Sequence record: DRR723986_8121
Direction: 5' to 3' (one strand)
Length of the DNA stretch: 61,390 bases
The notes beneath the pieces are model-generated. The model was given only the letters and a program-made list of their open reading frames with translations. It made no database searches and had not been told where the DNA came from. Shown here one piece after another: positions 9,485 to 18,757 of the stretch (its first letter is position 1; every line of letters starts with the position of its first letter). The position numbers and the translations under genes were made by a program.

Positions 9485-9892
9485 ATGAAAAAAATAGTTC
9501 TTTTTTGCTGTATGATTATGGCAGTGTCATTAAGTACAAGTTGTCTTGATGAAAAAATTAATAGTGAAGTAAAAGTTATCTCAGCTGAAGAAATGCAGTC
9601 AATTTTAGAGTTAGAAGATGTGCAATTGGTGGATGTACGCACTCCAGAAGAATATGCTGAAGTACGTATTGCCAATGCTCAAAATATAGATTTCACATCA
9701 CCAACCTTTGAAGAAGATATTACAAAACTTGACAAAGAAAAACCTGTAATATTATATTGTCAAGGAGGAGTAAGAAGTGCTAAATGTGCTAAAAAATTAA
9801 AGGAAGCAGGATTTGAAAAAATTTACGATCTCGAAGGTGGTATTTCCAAATGGAAACATTCTGATAAATTGAAGATTGAAGAAAAATCTTAG
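9485..9892 (+). CDS. Rhodanese-like lipoprotein
   Basis: Lipobox-like STSC; VDVRTPEEY, YCQGGVRS and DLEGGI motifs. Confidence 0.9.
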   Translation: MKKIVLFCCMIMAVSLSTSCLDEKINSEVKVISAEEMQSILELEDVQLVDVRTPEEYAEVRIANAQNIDFTSPTFEEDITKLDKEKPVILYCQGGVRSAKCAKKLKEAGFEKIYDLEGGISKWKHSDKLKIEEKS

Positions 9893-9901
9893 ATATAAGG
9901 G

Positions 9902-9926
9902 ACCGAATTTAAAATTCGGTTTTTTT
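9902..9926 (+). terminator. Intrinsic terminator
   Basis: ACCGAATTT-A-AAATTCGGT followed by a T run. Confidence 0.7.
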
Positions 9927-10028
9927 ATGCGCATTTACTTACTATTATCTTAAGGTTTTTATAAATTAGGCGTTGGTTAATTAATAATAAAAACACATTC
10001 ATTAGGTTTGTGGTTTAATGCATTATTT

Positions 10029-12002
10029 ATGACGATTAAAAAAACGTGTCTACTCGTTCTACTAACACTCGGTTTTTCATTTAATTTATTCTCACAGATC
10101 TTAGAACCAGTAAAATGGGAATCTAATGTTGAGAAGGTTTCTGATACTGAATATAAACTTTCGTTTAAAGCTAAAGTAGATAAAGGGTGGTATATATATT
10201 CACAGAAATCTACAGGCGGTTTTGCACCAACAACAATTTTTGAATATAAAAATCAAGAGGAAAATTATCGCCTTCAAGGACCAACAACAGAACCTGAAGT
10301 AGCACCTGTATTTGATGAGATTTTTGAAGAAGATGTAATTAAATTTAAAGAAGAAGCACTCTTTCAGCAGAAAATTAAAATTTTAAATTCTGAATTAAAA
10401 CAGATAGAAGTCTTTGTAGAATACCAAACATGCGATAATTCAAAATGTATTCCAGGTGATTTTACGTTTAATCTTTCTTTAGATGGTACCGCTATAGAAA
10501 ACAAACCTGTAGAAATTGATGCTCGTAGCCAACAACTGTCGGATGAACTCAACATTAGTGTTTCAGGTTGGGATAAATACGAAAAGCAAACCATAGAAGA
10601 GCAAAGTAACTTATCCATATTCTTATTAGGTTTTTTAGGTGGTTTAATTGCCTTATTAACACCTTGTGTATTCCCTATGATACCATTAACGGTATCATTC
10701 TTTACTAAAAGCGCTAATGATTCTAAAAAGGGCTTGTTAAACTCTATACTATATGGATTCTTTATTTTTATTATATATGTGTTATTGAGTATTCCTTTTC
10801 ACTTATTAGATTCTTTAGATCCTGGTATCTTAAATAACATATCGACGAATGTTACCTTAAATATTATATTCTTTATCATCTTTATTGCATTTGCATTTTC
10901 ATTCTTCGGATATTACGAACTGACCTTACCACAATCTTGGAGTGCTGCGATGGACAGTAAAGCAAACAAAATAGGTGGTTTTATAGGTATATTTTTTATG
11001 GCTTTGACTTTAGCCATTGTTTCTTTTTCGTGCACAGGTCCTATTCTTGGTACACTATTAGGAAGTTCACTAACGGCAGATGGCGGAGCAATGCAGTTAA
11101 CTATGGGAATGAGTGGCTTTGGTTTAGCATTAGCACTACCTTTTACGTTATTTGCCATGTTCCCTAAATGGCTTAATTCTTTACCAAAATCTGGCGGTTG
11201 GTTAAATACAGTAAAAGTAGTTCTTGGTTTTATAGAATTAGCTTTAGCTCTTAAATTCTTGTCTAACGCGGATTTGGTTGAGCATTGGGGACTTCTTAAA
11301 CGTGAAATTTTTATAGGTCTTTGGATTATTGTTGGTATTGGTTTGGCATTATATCTTTTTGGAAAAATAAAATTTCCGCACGATAGTCCGCTTCAAAAAT
11401 TGAGTAAGGGAAGAATTACTACAGGTATTTTAGTTATTGCCTTTATCATCTATTTAATACCAGGTCTAACTAATACAAAATATGCTAATTTAAAACTCTT
11501 AAGCGGTTTTCCTCCACCAATGTTTTATAGTTTATATGATAAGGCATCAGAGTGTCCATTAGATCTCAATTGTAGTAAAGATTTAGAAGAAGGTATTGCT
11601 TTGGCTAAAGCAGAAAACAAACCTATTCTATTAGATTTTACTGGTTGGGCTTGTGTTAATTGTAGAAAAATGGAAGAGCAAGTATGGAGTACTTCTGAGG
11701 TTTATGATATGCTGCAAGATAATTACGTTATTATTTCACTTTATGTAGATGATAAAAAAGAATTGCCAAAAGATGATCAATTTCAATATTTAAGAACCAA
11801 TGGTACTGTTAAGGATATTAAAACTGTAGGTGATAAATGGGGAACACTACAAACCATAAACTTTAAAAATAATTCTCAACCTTATTACATATTATTAGAC
11901 CATAATATGGAATTATTGAATGTCACTAACGCCTATGAGCCAAACGCTGAAGCGTATTTAAGTTGGTTAAAAACAGGCTTGGAAAACTTTAAAAATAACT
12001 AA
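10029..12002 (+). CDS. dsbD: Thiol:disulfide interchange protein DsbD (ORF open from 10008)
   Basis: N-domain CDNSKC; TM TPCVFPMIP and SFSCTGP; thioredoxin domain GWACVNC. Confidence 0.92.
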   Translation: MTIKKTCLLVLLTLGFSFNLFSQILEPVKWESNVEKVSDTEYKLSFKAKVDKGWYIYSQKSTGGFAPTTIFEYKNQEENYRLQGPTTEPEVAPVFDEIFEEDVIKFKEEALFQQKIKILNSELKQIEVFVEYQTCDNSKCIPGDFTFNLSLDGTAIENKPVEIDARSQQLSDELNISVSGWDKYEKQTIEEQSNLSIFLLGFLGGLIALLTPCVFPMIPLTVSFFTKSANDSKKGLLNSILYGFFIFIIYVLLSIPFHLLDSLDPGILNNISTNVTLNIIFFIIFIAFAFSFFGYYELTLPQSWSAAMDSKANKIGGFIGIFFMALTLAIVSFSCTGPILGTLLGSSLTADGGAMQLTMGMSGFGLALALPFTLFAMFPKWLNSLPKSGGWLNTVKVVLGFIELALALKFLSNADLVEHWGLLKREIFIGLWIIVGIGLALYLFGKIKFPHDSPLQKLSKGRITTGILVIAFIIYLIPGLTNTKYANLKLLSGFPPPMFYSLYDKASECPLDLNCSKDLEEGIALAKAENKPILLDFTGWACVNCRKMEEQVWSTSEVYDMLQDNYVIISLYVDDKKELPKDDQFQYLRTNGTVKDIKTVGDKWGTLQTINFKNNSQPYYILLDHNMELLNVTNAYEPNAEAYLSWLKTGLENFKNN

Positions 12003-12727
12003 ACCTCAAAATAAACTTCCTCAAAAGGGATTCTAAATCTAGGACCATAGATGCCTTTATCATCTCTGATGCCGCAACCAATTACCATATTTATTTCTGC
12101 ACCTCTGGGAAGATTTAAGATGCGTTTTACTCTAAGAGTATCACTACCTTCCATTGGGCACGTATCATAACCAATAGCAGCCATACTGGTCATAAAATTT
12201 TGAGCCGCTAAACCAGCACTTTTATGAGCTACTATTCGCATATCACTAATACGTGTTTGTCTATAAATAGGTTTAAATAAACCTACAATTTGAAAAACGA
12301 AATACTTAATATATCCTAAGATTCCTAAAAAGTCTGTGTATATGGTAGGAATTAATTTTTTATAATAATTGGTTGCCATTTTTTTACGTTTTAAGTCGCG
12401 CTCACTTAAATCGGGTTTATTATAAGCTTTGTCAAGGAACTCAATATTCGCCTTAGCACGTTTTCGCCATAAGTCTTTACGAGCTACAACAACAACTAAT
12501 TGTTTAGCTGTTTTTGCTGCACTCTGATTAAAACAAGCTTCAGCTAAGCTTTTTAATTTGTCTTTATCTGTTACATGGTAGAATTCCCAGAGTTGTAGAT
12601 TACTACTTGTAGGTGCTAAAGAAGCATTAACTAAACATTGTTTTACTTTATTAGTATCTATTGACTCGTCTTTATAAACTCTTGTAGAACGACGATAAGC
12701 AATTGCTTCTGAAACTGTTTTTTCCAT
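11999..12727 (-). CDS. Nitroreductase family protein
   Basis: RRSTR, APTSSNLQLWEF and GYDTCPMEG motifs. Confidence 0.9.
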   Translation of the reverse strand: MEKTVSEAIAYRRSTRVYKDESIDTNKVKQCLVNASLAPTSSNLQLWEFYHVTDKDKLKSLAEACFNQSAAKTAKQLVVVVARKDLWRKRAKANIEFLDKAYNKPDLSERDLKRKKMATNYYKKLIPTIYTDFLGILGYIKYFVFQIVGLFKPIYRQTRISDMRIVAHKSAGLAAQNFMTSMAAIGYDTCPMEGSDTLRVKRILNLPRGAEINMVIGCGIRDDKGIYGPRFRIPFEEVYFEV

Positions 12728-12741
12728 GTGTTAAGAATTAA

Positions 12742-12984
12742 TTATCCAAAAATAAAATAATGTAATTTATCACCCGCTAAATAGCCTAATCCTAAAATAA
12801 AAGGATACCCAATAAAAAGCCATAAATAGTCTATAATAGTGAGATGATTAAATGCCTTTGTGCCTTCAATTTTTATTAAATTAAAGAAATCGTACCAAGT
12901 CTTTATATCTAGTTTTAAGGCAATTCCATTAGCAAGAATGGCAATAATTAAAATTACTAGTCCAATAATATACAACTTTAGCAT
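12742..12984 (-). CDS. Small membrane protein
   Basis: 80 aa, two hydrophobic segments, operon-like spacing with neighbours. Confidence 0.65.
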   Translation of the reverse strand: MLKLYIIGLVILIIAILANGIALKLDIKTWYDFFNLIKIEGTKAFNHLTIIDYLWLFIGYPFILGLGYLAGDKLHYFIFG

Positions 12985-12990
12985 AAGATC

Positions 12991-13262
12991 TTATTTTGTA
13001 AATTTTAAATTACATGTTTTACAATTGTATGTATCTTTCTGTATGGCAATTCCTTCGATATTACTTTCAATAATTTTATTAATAAAATTATTATAGATTC
13101 ATCACGTTTTTGGTTCTATCTTCCCTTCATAAATTCATAAAAATATCCTTCCTATTCTTGCTTTCCCCAACAATTTGGGCAAATTCCCTCAGTAGCATTA
13201 CCTGTAGGTTGGTTGCTAAGTTTTTTACTAAAGTAACTTTTTAAGGATTCTAAAATTGTCAT
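12991..13262 (-). pseudogene. Disrupted small double-CxxC (putative metal-binding) protein
   Basis: MTILESLKSYFSKK..GICPNCWGKQE*EG.., in-frame TAGs at 13154-13152 and 13118-13116, then a frameshift into YNNFINKIIESNIEGIAIQKDTYNCKTCNLKFTK*. Confidence 0.75.
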
Positions 13263-13266
13263 AATG

Positions 13267-13515
13267 TTATAAATTTTTGTTCAACCATTTATTTAATTCT
13301 TTGTCTAATGGATTTCTTATTTTTTTATCACCAATTTTTATAGTTGGGAAGTTTAGTTTATTATTAGCGTATAAACTCTTCAATTCATTTGCGAAAATTT
13401 CACTTGTTTCAACATCCAGAAATGTATAATCTATTCCACATCCATTTAAAAAGGATTTGTAATATTGAGTTTTATGGCACCTTTCTGTACCATAGAGTTT
13501 AACTGTATTTGACAT
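13267..13515 (-). CDS. Glutaredoxin-like protein (monothiol, CHKT)
   Basis: KLYG..RCHKT, FLDVE and NFPTIKIG; glutaredoxin/NrdH-like layout, 82 aa. Confidence 0.75.
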   Translation of the reverse strand: MSNTVKLYGTERCHKTQYYKSFLNGCGIDYTFLDVETSEIFANELKSLYANNKLNFPTIKIGDKKIRNPLDKELNKWLNKNL

Positions 13516-13557
13516 TAAAATGTCCCTTCTATTTAGTTATTTTTACTAGTCACTTAA

Positions 13558-13580
13558 GGCAATTCATTTTCAGAATTGCC
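13558..13580 (-). terminator. Hairpin downstream of msrA (weak U-tract)
   Basis: GGCAATTC-ATTTTCA-GAATTGCC. Confidence 0.45.
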
Positions 13581-13606
13581 CAGGAAACTTTATTATTATA
13601 ATTTGA

Positions 13607-14149
13607 TTATGCGCTTTTTAGCTTATCTGCATGAAGTTTGCGCAATTTCATCAGTTTTGGTGTAATCACAAAACTGCAGTAGCCTTGTTGCTGATTATTT
13701 CTATAATAATCTTGGTGTTCTTTTTCAGCTTCATAAAAGGTTACAGCTTCTGAAACTTCAGTAACTATTGGGTTTTCGTAATACTGAGCCAGTTCTTTAA
13801 TGACAGCTTCAGCGATTTCCTTTTGCCTTTCATCGTGATAATAAATTACCGAACGATACTGTGTGCCAAGATCTGCTCCTTGTCTATTTAAGGTTGTAGG
13901 ATCGTGTGTTGTCATAAAAATGACTAGGATATCTTCGTACGTAATCACATTAGCATCAAAAGTGACTTTTATCACTTCGGCATGACCTGTTAAACCAGAG
14001 CAAACTTCTCTATAGGTTGGTCTTCCTGGTACATTACCTCCAGAATAACCAGAAACCACTTTTTCTACACCTTTTACTTCTTGAAAAACGGCTTCTGTGC
14101 ACCAAAAGCAACCTCCACCAAAGGTGGTAATTCTTAAATTTCTTGTCAT
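13607..14149 (-). CDS. msrA: Peptide-methionine (S)-S-oxide reductase
   Basis: GGCFWC, TGHAEV, RQGADLGTQYRS and AEKEHQDYY motifs. Confidence 0.96.
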   Translation of the reverse strand: MTRNLRITTFGGGCFWCTEAVFQEVKGVEKVVSGYSGGNVPGRPTYREVCSGLTGHAEVIKVTFDANVITYEDILVIFMTTHDPTTLNRQGADLGTQYRSVIYYHDERQKEIAEAVIKELAQYYENPIVTEVSEAVTFYEAEKEHQDYYRNNQQQGYCSFVITPKLMKLRKLHADKLKSA

Positions 14150-14601
14150 TAGGCAGTCTCCTTTTCTAAAGTCATTGATTCAGAATTGATGCAATAACGT
14201 AACCCACTTGGTTCTGGGCCATCGGGAAATATATGACCCAAATGTGCATCGCATGTATTACACATGACCTCTACGCGCACCATACCAAAGGACGAATCCT
14301 TTTCATATTTAATGGCATTTTCTTTAATAGGTTGTGTAAAGCTTGGCCAACCAGTGCCAGAACTAAATTTAATAGTAGAATCGAACAAAGGTGTATAACA
14401 ACATACACAGTTGTATTTGCCTTCGTCATAAGTACTACACAATGCACCAGTATGTGCACGTTCTGTACCTTTTTGTCTCGTAATTCTGAATTGTTCTGGA
14501 GTTAATTGAGTTCTCCATTCTGCTTCTGTTTTTTCAATGCGCTTGTCTGGCGTTGGGTTTCCGTTAACGGAAAAGTTGATAACATCTTTCCAGGTTAGCA
14601 T
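14149..14601 (-). CDS. msrB: Peptide-methionine (R)-S-oxide reductase
   Basis: GTE, GWPSF, HLGHIFPDGP and RYCINS motifs; two CxxC Zn motifs; likely start MLTWKD at 14601; TAATG coupling to msrA. Confidence 0.95.
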   Translation of the reverse strand: MLTWKDVINFSVNGNPTPDKRIEKTEAEWRTQLTPEQFRITRQKGTERAHTGALCSTYDEGKYNCVCCYTPLFDSTIKFSSGTGWPSFTQPIKENAIKYEKDSSFGMVRVEVMCNTCDAHLGHIFPDGPEPSGLRYCINSESMTLEKETA

Positions 14602-14725
14602 ACTTTTGGTTCCTTTCTTGTCTAAATTAATGATATACTTTATTAAGATTTTAAAGATAGTCGAAAAAAAAACCAAAAAATTACAATGAATCTTTTGATT
14701 TTAAATCTATCTGCTTTTTTTATTT

Positions 14726-14872
14726 TTAACTTAGTGTAAAATAGGTCACAGTTACTGCTGCAATTAGTATGAGTAGCACACTAGATACAAAGGTTGCTCC
14801 TATTTTTGTTTTTTTGTCTTTTTGAAAAATATAATCTCTTCTCTTTTCATCTTCTTCTTTAATAAATTTCAT
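14726..14872 (-). CDS. 48-aa single-TM small protein (below the ORF-track cutoff)
   Basis: MKFIKEEDEKRRDYIFQKDKKTKIGATFVSSVLLILIAAVTVTYFTLS*; A-rich initiation context. Confidence 0.6.
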   Translation of the reverse strand: MKFIKEEDEKRRDYIFQKDKKTKIGATFVSSVLLILIAAVTVTYFTLS

Positions 14873-15003
14873 AGTTTGTTTTTATATTTTCTATAATATA
14901 ATGATTAATAGTCTTTTATGAAAGAAATTGAAGCGACTTAACAAAACTATATGACAATAACTTAAAGGATGTTAAAAGGAATTTTAGTGGATAAAGCCTA
15001 ACA

Positions 15004-15035
15004 AAAAACCCAAACAAGCTAGCTTGATGGGTTTT
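15004..15035 (-). terminator. Terminator downstream of tmRNA
   Basis: AAAAAACCCAAACAAGC-TA-GCTTGATGGGTTTT imperfect hairpin with a U-tract on the minus strand. Confidence 0.65.
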
Positions 15036-15068
15036 CTGTTTAAAGTCACAACGGAGTTGTGAGTGTTG

Positions 15069-15461
15069 TGGAGTCGGAGAGAATCGAACTCTCGTCCAAA
15101 CAAGTAACCAAAGGGCTTTCTACACGCTTATTCTTTTCTTGTTTTTTAGACTAAAAGCTGGTTAAAGACAACCCACTTTTAGCTTAGCTTCTTGATCTCG
15201 AAAAGGCATCAAAGCACTACCTCATCTTAGTTAATATTTACGATGCCTCAAAAAAGAACGCCATTAACCAAGGCTTTCTGGAGACATTTAGCCTTCCTAC
15301 CTAGTAGAAATGAGCATTAATCTTACTGTGATTCAGATTATGCAGCTAAAGCGTAGTTATTCTCGCCGTTTAAAATTTGGTCTAGCCTTTTACGTGTTTC
15401 AATGCCATTACACGACGTGCTTACCATTTAATTAATCTCGCTGTCAAAACCAGTCGACCCC
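15069..15461 (-). ncRNA. ssrA: Transfer-messenger RNA, tag peptide (A)GENNYALAA
   Basis: 5' GGGGTCGACTGGTTTTGACAG; 3' GGACGAGAGTTCGATTCTCTCCGACTCCA (T-arm and acceptor stem with G:U); tag ORF 15367-15338. Confidence 0.96.
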
Positions 15462-15591
15462 AAAATTTAATTAAAAAGGATGGCGAAGTTACAAAAAAAG
15501 TTGTGCAACCTCTTAAATCCAGTTATTTTCGTGCAAAAATTATTCCACATAGTAAATTGACACTTTTTGTCAGTTTTTAACGAGTATAAGT

Positions 15592-16800
15592 ATGAAATTT
15601 GCCATCATTAAAGAACGTAAAAATCCACCAGATAGACGTGTTGTGTTTTCGCCAGAAACTTTAGCAGTAGCCAGAGAGCAATTCCCGCACGCTGAATTTG
15701 TTGTAGAGTCTTCAGATATTAGAGTGTTTCCTGATGAGGCCTATACAAAATTAGGATTTGAAGTAACTGATGATGTTTCTGATGCAGATGTAATGATTGG
15801 TGTAAAAGAAGTGCCAATTGAATATTTAATTCCGAATAAAAAGTACTTTTATTTTTCTCATACCATTAAGAAACAGCCTTATAATCGCAAATTACTACAG
15901 GCCATGTTGGCAAAAAATATTGAGATGTACGATCATGAGACCATTGTAAAGCAGAGTGGAGCGCGTTTAATTGGTTTTGGTCGCTATGCTGGTTTAGTTG
16001 GTGCGTATAATGGTTTCAGAGCATTAGGACTAAGAGATGGTTTGTATGAGCTCCCAAAAGTGGAAACTTTAGCAGATTTAGATGAAGTTAAAACTGAGTT
16101 AGATAAAATTACCATTCCAAATATTAAAATTTTACTCTCAGGAACCGGTAAAGTAGCCAATGGAGCTAAGGAGATATTAGACTATTTAGGGATAAAGCAG
16201 GTTAGTGATGCATTGTATTTAACATCACAATTTACAGAACCAGTATATGTTCTGACAGATGTTATGGAATATGCAAAACGAAAAGATGGTAAAGTAGGGG
16301 ATAAGTGGGAGTTTTATAAAGATCCAACCGGTTACGAAAGTAATTTTATGCCCTATGCCAAAGAAACAGACTACTTCATTGCTGGTCACTTCTACGGTAA
16401 TAATGCGCCATTTTTGTTTACACGAGAAGACGCTAAGTATCCTGATTTTAGAATTAATTTAGTTGCCGATATTTCTTGTGATATTGATGGTCCTGTGGCG
16501 TGTACAATTAGACCTTCTACTATAGCTAATCCGTTTTATGGCTATAATCCTAAAACAGAACAAGAAGTGCCTTTTGATGCTAAAGACGCTATAACAGTAA
16601 TGGCAGTAGATAACTTACCTTGTGAATTACCAAAAGATGCTAGTGAAGGCTTCGGAGGCACCTTTGTAGAACACGTGATACCTGCATTTTTTAATGGTGA
16701 TCAGCGTGGTATTTTAAAACGAGCCAAAATTACCACCTTTGATGGTAAGTTGACTGAGCGCTTTAAATATCTTCAGGAATATGTAGATGGGAAGGAATAG
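15592..16800 (+). CDS. NAD(P)-dependent oxidoreductase, alanine dehydrogenase/PNT-like (saccharopine dehydrogenase-like)
   Basis: DRRVVFSP, GVKEVP, FSHTIKKQ, ADISCD and AVDNLPCELPKDAS motifs. Confidence 0.85.
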   Translation: MKFAIIKERKNPPDRRVVFSPETLAVAREQFPHAEFVVESSDIRVFPDEAYTKLGFEVTDDVSDADVMIGVKEVPIEYLIPNKKYFYFSHTIKKQPYNRKLLQAMLAKNIEMYDHETIVKQSGARLIGFGRYAGLVGAYNGFRALGLRDGLYELPKVETLADLDEVKTELDKITIPNIKILLSGTGKVANGAKEILDYLGIKQVSDALYLTSQFTEPVYVLTDVMEYAKRKDGKVGDKWEFYKDPTGYESNFMPYAKETDYFIAGHFYGNNAPFLFTREDAKYPDFRINLVADISCDIDGPVACTIRPSTIANPFYGYNPKTEQEVPFDAKDAITVMAVDNLPCELPKDASEGFGGTFVEHVIPAFFNGDQRGILKRAKITTFDGKLTERFKYLQEYVDGKE

Positions 16801-17032
16801 TTTGTTTTACAATCCAATATCCTACAAGTAAAAATCCACCAAAACCAAGAGTAAATAACCAAGCCTCTGTATTTTGAGAAGGCGAGAATAAAATATTATA
16901 AACATCTGAAATTAATATTTGAGGATTACTAATTATTTCCCAAGAATTGTATCTTAAGAATCGTCCAAGGTAAACACCAAAACTGCAAAGAAATAGTATA
17001 ATTTGTGTTATTGCATTAAATGGGTAGGGTAT
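16763..17032 (-). pseudogene. C-terminal remnant of a DUF1361-like membrane protein
   Basis: Start-less open frame ..FLCSFGVYLGRFLRYNSWEIISNP..AWLFTLGFGGFL..; GxYLGRFLRxNSW is the family signature. Confidence 0.7.
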
Positions 17033-17041
17033 TCAATTTAG

Positions 17042-17122
17042 AAGCGTGTTAAAATTACAGAAAAAGGAAAACTGACAGAGCGTTTTAATTTTCTCCACAA
17101 TTACTTTGATGGCTCGGAATAA
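17042..17122 (+). repeat. Diverged direct duplicate of the 3' end (16717-16800) of the oxidoreductase gene
   Basis: KRVKITEKGKLTERFNFLHNYFDGSE* versus KRAKITTFDGKLTERFKYLQEYVDGKE*. Confidence 0.8.
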
Positions 17123-17196
17123 TTTATAAATTGAGTTTATAATTTTAGAAGATATTGACTAAATTTATATATTCAACATGAAAATAACATAAGATT

Positions 17197-17541
17197 ATGG
17201 TCGGATTACTTTTAACAATAGCAAATATTACAGGAGGTGTACTACTGGGACTCTCAACTCTCGATAGATGGGATGGAGAAAGTAACTTTTTTAATAAAAT
17301 TGCTGGGGTTTTGACGCCGTTTCAAACGGTTATTGGAGGAGCATTGGTTGTGCTGCCCATGCTAAAATTTAGTTTATTAAGTATCGTAAGTATTTTAGGT
17401 GGTTTGTTATTACTGACTCATGTCTTCGGTAAAGTACCTGCTTTGGAAACAAGCTTGCGGAAGCTTTCGGATAAGCTAATGCCCTTTAAAGCGATTATTG
17501 GTATTATTTTATTAGTTCTCGGTGTATTAGGGTTGTTTTAG
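17197..17541 (+). CDS. Hypothetical four-TM membrane protein
   Basis: 114 aa, very hydrophobic, with two similar halves (GGxLL...K..PF..IG). Confidence 0.7.
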   Translation: MVGLLLTIANITGGVLLGLSTLDRWDGESNFFNKIAGVLTPFQTVIGGALVVLPMLKFSLLSIVSILGGLLLLTHVFGKVPALETSLRKLSDKLMPFKAIIGIILLVLGVLGLF

Positions 17542-17543
17542 AT

Positions 17544-17933
17544 GTGAATCCTGCTGAAACTTACATATTAAAACAAGACGAACCTTATAAATCAATTTTA
17601 CTTCAGCTACAAACTATCATTGAAGCTGTGGCATCGGATGCGGAGTTATTATATAAATGGAAAATTCCCTTTTATTACTGCAATGGTATTCCGTTATGTT
17701 TTCTTAATCAATCCAAAGATTATGTGGATTTAGCCTTTTGGCATTTTAACCAAATGGATGAGCATACCGAACATTTTGTAGATGCCAACCGAAAATCTAT
17801 ACGGTCCCTTCGCTTTAAGTCTGTTGAGGCTATTAAGGATGAGGTAATCGTCTATGTGCTTCAAAAGCAATTAGAAATTAATACAAACCCTTTTAAATTG
17901 ATATTGGGTTCAAAAAAACCTAAAAAGAGTTAA
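17544..17933 (+). CDS. DUF1801 domain protein
   Basis: GTG start; LLYKWKIPFYY and CFLNQSKDYVDLAFW motifs. Confidence 0.8.
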   Translation: MNPAETYILKQDEPYKSILLQLQTIIEAVASDAELLYKWKIPFYYCNGIPLCFLNQSKDYVDLAFWHFNQMDEHTEHFVDANRKSIRSLRFKSVEAIKDEVIVYVLQKQLEINTNPFKLILGSKKPKKS

Positions 17934-18732
17934 TCAATTTTCTTATTGCCACCAAATTGGTTAATAGCCCTTCTAAGTTATCTAAGCGCAACATATTAGC
18001 ACCATCACTTTTAGCATTAGCAGGATCATAGTGCGTTTCAATAAATAAACCATCTACATTATTAACAACTCCAGCTCTGGCTATGGTTTCTATCATGTCT
18101 GGTCGTCCTCCGGTAACACCAATACTTTGATTAGGTTGTTGAAGTGAGTGTGTTACATCTAATACAGTTGGTGCATATTGGCGCATAGTAGGAATACCTC
18201 TAAAATCTACAATCATATCTTGATAGCCAAACATGGTTCCTCTATCTGTAATCCATGCCTTTTCATTTCCCGCATCTTTTACTTTTTGTACCGCATGTTT
18301 CATTGCTTCAGGACTCATAAATTGTCCTTTCTTTAAGTTAACCACTTTGCCTGTTTTAGCTGCTGCAACAACTAAGTCTGTCTGTCTTACTAAAAATGCT
18401 GGGATTTGTAATACATCTACATATTCAGCAGCCATGGCTGCATCCGAAGCTTCATGAATATCAGTCACTGTAGGAACATCAAAAGTTTCCGAAACTTTCC
18501 GTAGTATTTTTAATGCTTTTTCATTTCCAATTCCTGTAAAACTATCTATTCTACTACGATTGGCTTTTTTAAAACTTCCTTTAAAAACATATGGAATTTC
18601 TAACTTGTTAGTTATAGAAACAACTTTTTCGGCAATACGTAATGCCATATCTTCTCCTTCGATGGCACAAGGACCACAAAGCAAAAAGAAATTATTTGAA
18701 TTAGCGTGTTTTAATTTTGGAATTGATATCAC
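17920..18732 (-). CDS. kdsA: KDO 8-phosphate synthase
   Basis: GPCAIE, KANRSR, QIPAFLVRQTDL, KKGQF and DVTHSLQ motifs. Confidence 0.96.
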   Translation of the reverse strand: MISIPKLKHANSNNFFLLCGPCAIEGEDMALRIAEKVVSITNKLEIPYVFKGSFKKANRSRIDSFTGIGNEKALKILRKVSETFDVPTVTDIHEASDAAMAAEYVDVLQIPAFLVRQTDLVVAAAKTGKVVNLKKGQFMSPEAMKHAVQKVKDAGNEKAWITDRGTMFGYQDMIVDFRGIPTMRQYAPTVLDVTHSLQQPNQSIGVTGGRPDMIETIARAGVVNNVDGLFIETHYDPANAKSDGANMLRLDNLEGLLTNLVAIRKLINSF

Positions 18733-18757
18733 AGTAATAGACTTATTAATTAAGTCA

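Noticed and set aside
12860..13096. 78-aa + strand ORF
   Set aside because: Antisense shadow of the membrane gene and the CxxC pseudogene
14602..14676. N-terminal extension of msrB in the ORF track
   Set aside because: Low-complexity AT-rich sequence; MLTWKD at 14601 is the more plausible start
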